Assembly (NCBI RefSeq): GCF_009914755.1
Contig: NC_060937.1
Strand: one strand, 5' to 3'
Length of the DNA: 64,000 nucleotides
DNA from: the human T2T-CHM13v2.0 reference genome, Homo sapiens
The position numbers were made by a program, and so were the translations under genes. The notes beneath the pieces were generated by a model. That model was not told where the DNA came from, searched no databases, and saw only the letters and a program-made list of their open reading frames with translations. Below are positions 54,151 to 64,000 of this stretch, one piece after another (within the stretch, counting starts at the first letter, position 1; each line of letters opens with the position of its first letter).

Positions 54151-54599
54151 TTTAAAAACCGAATTATTATATTAAAATACATGTAAAATACTTAACTCAT
54201 AGCTATTACATGTGGATATAATATGGGTATGTATTATATATATGTGTATGTAGTGGACAAACACATACATACATTTTTCATATTACAAGAAGGATCTAAA
54301 GTAATTTACAACACAAATAGTCAACAAAAATAAAAATTACTAGATGGGAAATTCATTTCTGGAAATGGTGAGGAGACTTGTATATTGCAAAAGCTTCCAA
54401 AAGTATCAAATTATAATCTGGAAAAATATTTCCTAAAAAATTATTTGAGGACTTGGAGATTGAAAAAATGCAAAAAAAAAAAAAAAAAAGGAAGGCAATG
54501 AAAACATTGAAAGAGATATAAAATGAATAATATTTGTGTTCATGAGGTCCCCTCTCCCTTCTAAGAGTCCTCTCCACTCCACAAAATATGATATCGGTA

Positions 54600-56300
54600 A
54601 AACTAAAACAAAAATTACAATTTATACAGCTTTAGGTGTCAGAGGACAGAGTTTAAGGCTGCCAGAGTGGCTAGAAAGTGAGGTAAAGCCTGGTTTAAAA
54701 AAAAATGTGTGACGAAGAGAAACCCCCAAATCTGAACTAAACTCCATCTAAATACTTGGATAGTTTTCAGACTGCACATGTGTAGGGGTGCCTCCAAGGG
54801 GCCCAGTGGAAAGAAAGACCTAGAAGGATGAAAACACCACAGACTGGAGATTTTAGCTGCTGCCTACTGAAAAGGAAACAAAGTTTGGAATTTGAGTACA
54901 ATCAAGTAGTATTCTTGCTAAAACAAAAAATAATGTTATTTAAATGATGCAAACAGAATCCAGAGACTCTACAATGTATTGTTCCAAATGTACAATATAC
55001 AATTAAAATTGCTAAACATTTGAAAAAAGAGAAAAATAAGATATATTCAATAGACAAATGATTCAAACTGATAATGAAATGATAAGGAGATTAGAATAAG
55101 AATCAAAGGACTGTGATTCTAAAACCCAATAAATACATTTTAAGATAATAAAATTGCTTACCAATCTCTCTCACGGGTAGAAACACATTTAATCAATGTA
55201 ATTTATTCACCATATTAAACAAATAATGTAGAAGGATCATATAATCTTTCCACAGATGCAGAAGGCAAAAAATTAGCAAAATTAACACCCATTGAGGATA
55301 TAAACTCTGAGCAACTTAAGAATAAAAAGAAATTTCTTAAAGCTCTTAATGCCCACTTCACCCCTTCTCTCAAAAAAAAAAAAAACAAAACGAAACTATA
55401 ACTATCATCATGTTGATGCTTATTGGTGAGTTACTGAATTTTCTCTTCCTACAATCAGGAACAAGACAAGGTTACCACTCACTCTGATCATTTTTCCCCC
55501 ATTATAGTGTAGGCCCTGGCCATTTCAATATGACATGTGAAATAAATAAAAGTCATAAAGATAGAAAAGAGAGAATGAGATAGTCCATAGTCACAAATAG
55601 CGTGAAGTAAAATACAATATTGGAGTAAAATACAAGAAGATCTATAAATTAACCACTACAGCTAAATAACTGCAGTCTGCAAAGCAGCAGGATGAAAAGT
55701 CTATACATAAAGCTGTATTTCTATATATTAGCAGTAAACAATTTGAAAATAAAATTTATAAAAATCAGTTTACATTAGCATTTAACAGCATACTAATATT
55801 AGAATAGAATTTAACAAAAGCTGTGCATGACTTTATTTTTTTTTTACTGAAAATTATAAAACAAAACTGAGGGAAATTGAAGAAGCCATAAATAAATCAA
55901 GAGGTAGACTGTGTTCATAAAATGAAAGTCTCAATGTGGTTACATTTTGACTTTCCATGAATTAATTTATGAATTCAATGCACCTCAATCATAATCCAGA
56001 GGCTTTTTTACTGGACTCTGACATGATGATTCTAAAATAAGATTCACATGGCCAAGAGTAGTAAAATGATTTTTTAAATGAGCAGTAAATCTGGAGAATC
56101 TACAGTACTAAATTTTGGCGTAAGAGTGTAAAAATGAAAAAAAAAAAACCCACAAGTCCAGGAATAAACCACATTTATTTTGGTCAATTGATTGTGACAA
56201 AGGTTCCTAAGAAAATCAATGAATATATGAAAATCCTTTTCAAAAATTTCAGGATTGACTAGTTTAATAAATAAAAAGTGAGAGACGCTATTCAAATACA
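54600..56300 (+). mobile_element. Old L1M fragments (5' region and ORF2)
   Basis: 'atcaatgtaatttattcaccatattaa...aatcaggaacaagacaagg...gtatttctatatattagca...aattgattgtgacaaaggt'. Confidence 0.65.
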
Positions 56301-57279
56301 TTTCTAAAAGTTGTGTTTCTGCTTGTTCTTAGATTGTAAAAAAAAAAAAAAAACAAATTCAAAAGTTTCATATATGCCTGCTATAATCTATTTTTATTTT
56401 AAGCATTTATCTTAGATTTTGATAATTCTTTTTTAAATAAAATACAATTTTGCTATTTCTCTTTATTAATATGCTTAACACCTAGTTTTAAGCTATTGTT
56501 TGAAGCATTTAAAACATAACAATACTATACCTTTAACAATAAACAAAAATTTCTCAAATCTCCCTAACTGTCCTGATATTTGATGGCTTGTTTGTAAAGG
56601 TTGCCACTTTTTCAATAGCAAAAATAAGTGGAGGGATAGAAAAGTCTGCCATTTTACATCACGTTTGGTAGAAGGTAATGCTGCACAACATAGATCTTTG
56701 GGTTGAAAGTTAGGAATTATGGGTCACGTCTTCAATAATTTCACAAACTCTTTTCCCAACAGAATCTTGTCCAAATAATGATGTAATTCTTCCTTTATTT
56801 GGCTAATAATTGGATGTGTCTTTATATTTTAGCACTCTGTATAATTGTCATCACAAAAAATAAATATATAATTGCAAAAGGGCTGAGACTTGATTGAAGA
56901 CCTATTCTAAATGGGTAAGATTCTAACATTTGTTAGTCTTTCCACAAAACATTTAAAAAGTAATTCAAATTTAATTTGTCGGAGAATATCACTGAAATAA
57001 TTTGAATGCCCTGACTATATTTTGAGAAACTTCAATCAGATTCTTAAACTACAGGGATAAATCTGTTTCCCTTTGTAAGGCGATAACATATCATTCCCCA
57101 TTTTACCTGTGAGACCAGGAAGATAATATTGGTATCATTGGTGCATTCCTTTGAAGAAGGAAAAGTCTGAAACTTGAATTGGTAAATTTCAGAGAGGGGC
57201 AGGACTTTTGCACATTAAAGTCAAATAATATGAGATATCACAAAATATGCGACTAAGGTTAATTTAAATAAAATTCTAA

Positions 57280-58376
57280 AATAATTAAATGTATAAAGTG
57301 TAGCTATTTGGGATTATGGAAAATATATATTTATACATATGCATTATATATATATTTAGCATAATTATATCAAAGCTAATTAACATGTTTATCACCTCAC
57401 CTAGCATTTTTTATGGAGAGAATTTTGAAATTAACTTTTTCAGTTATTTTTAAATATATATTTTTGACTATAGTCACTCTGTTGTGCAACAGATCTCCAA
57501 ACCTATTTCTTCCATCTATCTGAAACTTTGTACCCTTTGATGAATAACTCTCCATTTACTTTCTCTTCACCACCCTACAGACTCTGGAAAACATTGTCCT
57601 GTCCTATACTTCTTTGAGTTTAACTGTAATATTCCACACATAACTGAGGCCATTCAGCATTTGTCTTTTTGTGACTGGCTTATTTCCCTTAGCATAATGT
57701 CCTCCAGATTTACCCATGTTGTTGCAAAAGACAGAATTTCACCTTCTTAAAGGCTGAACAATGTTCCATTTTGTATATATATACCACAATTTCTCTATTC
57801 ATTCACCTGTAATGGACACGTAGGTTGATTTCACATCTTGGTTATTGTGAATAGTGCTGCAATGAACATGGGAGTGCAGATATTCCTTTAACATACAGAT
57901 TTTAGTTCCTTTGGTTAGATAACCAGACATGAGTTTACTGGCTTATGTGGTTGTTCTGGCTTTTTTTGTTTTTTGTTTTTTTTTGGTTTATGTTTTTTTT
58001 TTTTTTTTGAGAAGCCACCATATCATCTTTCCTTAATGGCTGTACTAATTTAACATTTCCACCTGCATAAGAGTTCCCTTTACTTCACTTTCTCTCCAAC
58101 ACATTTTCATCTTTTTGATAAAAGCCATTCTAACTGTTGTGAGGTGATATCTCATTATGATTTTCATTTTCACTTATTTAATGATTAGTGATGCTGAGTA
58201 TTTTTTCATGTCCTATTTGTCATTTGTTTATCTTCTTTAGAAAAATGTCTGTTTAGGTTCTTTGCTCATGTTTAAATCAGGATACATGGGTTCTTTCTAT
58301 TGGGTCATTTGAGTTCCTTATATATTTTGGACATTAACCTCTTATCAGATGTATGGTTTGCAAATATTTTGTTCCT
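57280..58376 (-). mobile_element. L1MA 3' part (non-inverted arm)
   Basis: 'gctaattaacatgtttatcacctcac...tggcttatttcccttagcataatgtcctccag...atcagatgtatggtttgcaaatatttt'. Confidence 0.88.
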
Positions 58377-58379
58377 TAC

Positions 58380-59337
58380 TACGAATTCACCAAAATATTG
58401 TTAAAACTGATAAATAAATTTAGTAAAGTTTAATGATGCAAAATCAACATATAAAAATAAGTAGTGTTTCTATATAGAAATAATAGGTTATCTGAAAATG
58501 AAACTAAGAAAACAATCCTCTTTACAATAGCAACAAAAAATAAAAAACATAGGTGTAAATTTAATCAAAGAGGTAAAAAAAAGCCCTTGTATACTTAAAA
58601 CTATAAAATATTGATGGAAGAAACTGGAAAAGACAGACCTAAATGGAAACTTATCTCATGGCCATGGGTTGCAAGAATTAATATTGTGAAAATACCCATA
58701 CTATCCAAAGCGATCTACAGATTCAGTGTGAATTCCTATCAAAATTCCAATGCCATTTTTCACAGAAATAAGAAAAAAAAAGATTCAAATTCATGTGGAA
58801 CCACAAAATACTTTGAACAGCCAAAACAATCTTGAACAAAAGAGCAAAGCTGTTGGTATCACCTATTTCTCTGATTTTAAAACAGTATTATGTGATTGCA
58901 ATCAAAACAGCATTTTACTGGTGTTGAAACAGACACATTGACTTAAGGAACAAATAAGCAAACTCAAAAATAAACTCACACTTCCATGGTCAACTGATTT
59001 TTGACAAGGAACCAGGAAACACATAGAGGAAAAGAATAGTCTCTTCAATAAATGCTTTTGGGAAAGCTAGAATCCCCATGCAGAAGAATGAATTAGACCC
59101 TTATCTTACACTATATGCAAAAATAAACTCAAATTAAATTAAAGACTTTAAGATATGGAACTGTAAAACTACTAGAAGAAACAGGGAAAACTCTACAACA
59201 TTTATTTGAGCAACGACTTTAAAAATGATCCAGAAATCACAGGCAACAAAAACAAAAATAGACCAATGGGATGGCATCAAAATAAAAAAGCTTTTGCATA
59301 GCAAACAATTAGCTAAGTGAGGAGATAACCTACAGAA
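58380..59337 (+). mobile_element. L1 ORF2 segment (inverted 5' arm of the same element)
   Basis: ORF2 remnant SWPWVARINIVKIPILSKAIYRFS; ends at 'aacctacagaat'. Confidence 0.88.
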
Positions 59338-59371
59338 TATTATGTTAAAATAAAATATGAACCAATATACT

Positions 59372-59737
59372 AGTTATGGTGTGAATATTTTTGTCCCCTT
59401 TAAAATTCATGTGTTAGAAACTTAATCTCCAATGCAACAACTTTGGGAAGAGAGGCCTAATTAGAGGTGTTTAAGTCATAAAAGCTCTGCCCTTGTGAAT
59501 GAATTAATGCAGCTATGAAAATAATTTGTGTAAGTGGGTTTGCTTTCTTCTACTCTTCTGTCAGGTGGAGGATGCAGGATTTAAGCCACTATTTAAAGAA
59601 GCAGAGAAACCAAGCCCTATTATGCCAGCACCTTTATCTTAGACATTCCAGCCTCCAACTGTAAAAAATAAATTTATTTTCTTTATAATGTACCCAATAT
59701 ATGGTATGGCAACATAGCAGCACACAGAAAAGAAGAC
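59372..59737 (+). mobile_element. MST (C/D-like) MaLR LTR
   Basis: 'tgtccccttt aaaattcatgtgttagaaacttaat...gctctgcccttgtgaatgaattaatgc...aataaatttattttctttataa'. Confidence 0.78.
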
Positions 59738-60289
59738 AATATGACTTTATGCCTGGAACTATTTTAAAACATAGTATTAGACTTCCATTTTAAGACATAT
59801 GCTTTTTAAATAATCAATATCTAATCTTCAGAATGAATCTTGGAATGTATAATAGGTTATAATATTCTCAGTTAATTTCCCATTTACTATGCCTTTTTCT
59901 CCAGTAGCACTGCTTTTTCCCTAGTTAATCTCAAAACTTTTTTGAGTTTACTAATGAACATTGACTATTGGGCCATTCTTTCTCAGTTAGATTAGTGATA
60001 GCAGTGTTTGTAAATTTAATTTAAGCCCACTTAATTCTAAATTATCTTTTCTAGCATGAGTTTTGTCTGTGTCTTTGGTTTCATGTTTCAATCCTATAAC
60101 CAAGCTTATAATTTTATATTCATATCAATTCATTTAATTAAAAAACAAATAATGTGGCAGATGCTAATTCCTTTCAACATGTTTATATTGATAATGATCT
60201 AAAGTAAGTGATAACCTTCAATTTAGTTTTTGCTGCTCCTGTTTCCATATCCAGTTTTTATGTTAACAGATTTATTACTTTTAAATATT

Positions 60290-61120
60290 TTAATATTTTA
60301 GAATTAATTATTGAATTATATTTGAGACAAGATGAACTACAAATATTTAAAATGTACAATTTGCTGTATCAGCATATGTAAGCACCCATGAAACTATTAT
60401 CATAAAAAAGATAATAAACATCTCTCTCACCCTAAAAGTATCCTTATGTTATTTTTTTTCCATCTTCTGCCATTTCACAACTTTCCTCTTCCCCAAAGAA
60501 ATGATTGGTCTATTTTCTATCATTATAGATTAGTTTGCATGCTGTAGGCTATTGTATACATAGAATTGTACAGCATATATTCTTTTTTGTCTGCCTTCTT
60601 TATCCAGCCTAATTATTTTAAAATTAATTCATGTTTTGGTAGTTTAAATTGTCTATTGTTTTGTATTGATATTCATTCCATTGTATGGGTATACAACAGT
60701 TTGTTTTTCCACTCACCTGTTGATAGAGATTATGGTGGTTTTCAGTTTTGTCCTCTTATGGGGTATATGTGCAAATAAAACTGCTATAAGCAATTATGTA
60801 CAAGCCTTCCTCTTACCATATGTACTTTTTTCTCTTGAGTAAATACCTAAAAATGGAAAGTTTGGATAATATGTTATGGGTATGTTTACAATTCCTAAGA
60901 AATTGACAAACTATTTTCAAAGTTGATTGCACCGTTTTACATTCATACCATAATCCTTGTCAATACTTGCCACGGGCAATTTTTTTCAACATCTCATAGA
61001 TGGATAAGATGAACTAATTGAGGTTTTCATTTGGATTTCCCTAGCAACTAATTATATTGACCATCTTCAATTTGCTTATTTACCATCTTTGCATCTTTTT
61101 ATTAGATATGTGCTTTGCAG
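60290..61120 (-). mobile_element. Old L1M (MD/ME-like) 3' region
   Basis: 'acccatgaaactattatc...tatagattagtttgcat...ttccattgtatgggtatacaacagtttg...aaaactgctataagca'. Confidence 0.75.
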
Positions 61121-61274
61121 ATATAATAATAATTTCCAGATTGGAGAAGAAGAAGTCAAATTATCCATGTATGCTGAAGGATAATAATGTTATGAGAGGT
61201 TTGTTCCTGTTATATTGTTCATTGCTTTCTAGTTTTTTTAACTTTTAAATTTTTTAAATTGAAATTATTTTTAA

Positions 61275-63705
61275 ATTATGGCTATGCTTGCAGGAGTAAG
61301 GTAGTATCGCATTGTGGTTTTGATTTGCATTTACTTGATGATGATTAGTGACATTGCGCATTTTTTCATATGTTTATTAGACATTTGTATATCTTTTGAG
61401 AATTATCTACTCATGTCCTTAGTCCACTTTTTAATGGGATTTTTTTCTTTCTGACTTGTTTGAGTTCCTTTTAGATTCTAAATATTAGTATTTTGTCAAA
61501 TGCATAGTTTGCAAATGTTTTCTATCACTCTGTTGGTTGTCTGCTTACTCTGCTGATTATTTCTTTTGCTGTGCAGAAGCTTTTTAGTTTAATTAAGTCC
61601 CATCTATTTAGCATTGCTTTTCGGTTGTTGGTTATGAATTCTTTGCCTAAGCTAATGTCTGTAAGGGCTTTTCTTATGTTATCTTCCAGAATTTTTATGG
61701 TTTCAGGTCTTAGATTTAAGTCTTTGCTCCATTGAGTTGTTTTGTGTAAGGTGGGAGACAAGGATCCAGTTTCATTCTTCCACATGTGGCTTGCCAATTA
61801 TCCCAGCACAATTTGTTAAATGGAGTCTTTCCCCCCCTTTTTGTTTTGTTTGCTTTGTTCAAAGATCAGTCAGCTATAAGTATTTTGTTTTATTTCTGGC
61901 TTCTCTATTCCGTTCCATTGGTCTATGTGCCTAATTTTATACAGGTAACATGCTGTTTGGGTGATTATAACCTTATAGTATAGTTTGAAGTTGGGTAATA
62001 TGATACTTCAGGATTTGTTTTTTTTGCTTAGTCCTGCTTTGGCTATGTGGGCTGTCTTTTTGGTACCACATAAATTTTAGGATTGTTTTTTCTAGTTCTG
62101 TGAAAAATGATGATGGTATTTTGATGGAAATTGCATTGAATTTGTAGATTGTTCTGGCAGTATGGTCTTTTTTACGATATTGATTCTACCCATACATGAG
62201 CATGGGATGTGTTTCCATTTGTGTCATCTATGATTTGTTTCAGCAGTGTTTTGTAATTTTCCTTAGAGGGCTTTCACCTCCTTGATTGGGTATATTCCTA
62301 AGTTTTTGTTAGTTAGTTTGTTTTTTGTTTTTGTTTTAGCAGCTATTGTAAAGGGGGTTGAGTTCTTGATTTGATTCTCAGCTTGGTCGCTGTTGGTGTA
62401 TAGCAGTGCTACTAATTTTTGTACATTGATTTTTGTATTCTGAAAATTTGCTGAGTTTGTTTATCAGATCTAGGAGCTTTTTGGATGAGTCTTTAGGGTT
62501 TTCCAGGTATACGATCGTATCAGCAGTGAACAGCAACAGTTGAATTCCTCTTTACTGATTTGGATGTCCTTTGTTCCTTTCTCTTGTCTGATTATTCTGA
62601 CTAGGACTTCAAGTACTATGCTGACTAGAAGTGGTGAAAGTTGCAATGCATGTCTTGTTCCAATTCTCAGGGGGAATGTTTTCAACTTTTTCCATTCCAT
62701 ATAATGTTGGCTGTGCGTTTGTCATAGATGGCTTATATTACCTTAACTTATGTCCCTTCTATGCCAATTTTGCTAGGGGTTTTAATTATAGAGATGCTGG
62801 ATTTTGTCAAATGCTTTTTCTGTGTCTGTTGAGATGATCATGTGATTTTTGTTTTTAATTTTGTTTATGGGGTGTTTCACATTTATTGACTTGCATATGT
62901 TAAACCATTCCTGCATCCCTTATATGAAAACCACTTGATCATGATGGATTAACTTTTTGATATGATGTTGAATTTAGTTAGCTAGTAATTTGTTGAGGAT
63001 TTTTGCATCTGTGTTCATCAGGGATATTGGTCTGTAGTTTTCTTTTTTTGTTATGTCCTTTCCTGGTTTTGGTATTAGGGTAATACTGGCTTCGTAGAAT
63101 GACGTAGGCAAGATTTCCTCTTTCTCTATCTTTGGGAATAATGTCAATAGGAATATTACCAATTCTTCTTTGTTTAATTGGTCTGTTAGAATGGAATGAA
63201 GTTGTCTAATGAAATTCAGCTGTGAATCCATCTGGTCCTGAACCTTTTTTTGTTGGCAAAATTTTTATTACCATTTCAATCTTGCTGCTTGTTATTGGTC
63301 TGTTCAGAGTTTTTATTTCTTCCTGGTTTAATCTAGGAGGGTTGTGTATTTCCAGGAATTTATCAATTTCCTCTAGGTTATTTTTTTATGCACATAAAGG
63401 TGTTCATTATAGCCTTGAATGGTATTTGTATTTCTGTGATATGCATTGTAATGTCTCCCATTTCATTTCTAAATGAGCTCATTTGGATCTTGTCTCTTCT
63501 TGGTTAATCTTGCTAATGGTCTATCAATGTTATTTATCTTTTCAAAGAATTAGCTTTTTCTTTCATTTATCTTTTGTATTTTTTTTTCAATTTTATTTAG
63601 TTTTGCTCTGATCTTGGTTATTTTTTTTTCTCATGGGTTTGGGTTTGGTTTGCTTTTGTTTTTCTAGTTCCTTGAGGTGTGACCTTAGGTTGTCTATTTC
63701 CACTT
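61275..63705 (-). mobile_element. L1PB-type ORF2 fragment
   Basis: Remnants [38 protein letters not shown] and FPLRIGTR...LSPLL; multiple stops and frameshifts. Confidence 0.92.
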
Positions 63706-64000
63706 TTTCTCTTGGTGTTTTATAAATTCTTTGGTTTTTTTTCTTCTTTTTCTTTTTTTTGTTCTGACTGTTTCTCATTGCGGTTTGGTGGAATTTTGTC
63801 ATGGTATAATTTGATTTCTTTTTTCCTTTTCTTTTTTGTGATTGGTTTACCAGTGAATTTTACACTTACATGTATTTTCATAATAGTAAACCTTGCCCAC
63901 TTGGCCTATAAGATCAGACCTTCCTTGAGCATTTCTTGTAGGGCCATCTAATGGTCACAAATTTCATTAGCATTTGCTTATCTAGTAAAGTCTTGATTTC
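63706..64000 (-). mobile_element. Older L1M fragment, runs off the window
   Basis: 'ccttgagcatttcttgtagggccatcta...aatttcattagcatttgctt'. Confidence 0.55.

Overview
AT-rich, repeat-dense primate genomic DNA, most likely human or another hominoid (AluY, THE1 and LTR7/HERV-H are present). I see no credible host protein-coding exon, RNA gene or CpG island; nearly all listed ORFs are repeat-derived or chance ORFs. The dominant feature is a complete, internally deleted (~5.87 kb, env-less) HERV-H provirus on the minus strand (1073-6944). It has two LTR7 copies, a 5-bp TSD (AAACC), a tRNA-His PBS, a PPT, gag/pol remnants and intact splice sites, and sits inside an L1 3' fragment that itself splits an MLT2 LTR. 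The first ~26 kb is crowded with ERV1/MaLR LTRs, including an LTR7C-like solo LTR inside MER50; the rest is Alu, L1, L2/MIR and hAT fossils. Best leads: a 5'-LTR-specific ATG opening a 347-codon HERV-H leader ORF, a GT-box change shared by both LTRs, tandem E-boxes in pol, a tailless 59-bp Alu with a perfect 14-bp TSD, an ORF1-only L1 retaining both ends, an old twin-primed L1 inversion, a rearranged AluY and a ~220-bp GAA/GGA tract. I cannot support a wholly new biological system from sequence alone. Subfamily names come from recalled consensus motifs, and old-repeat boundaries are approximate (tens of bp).
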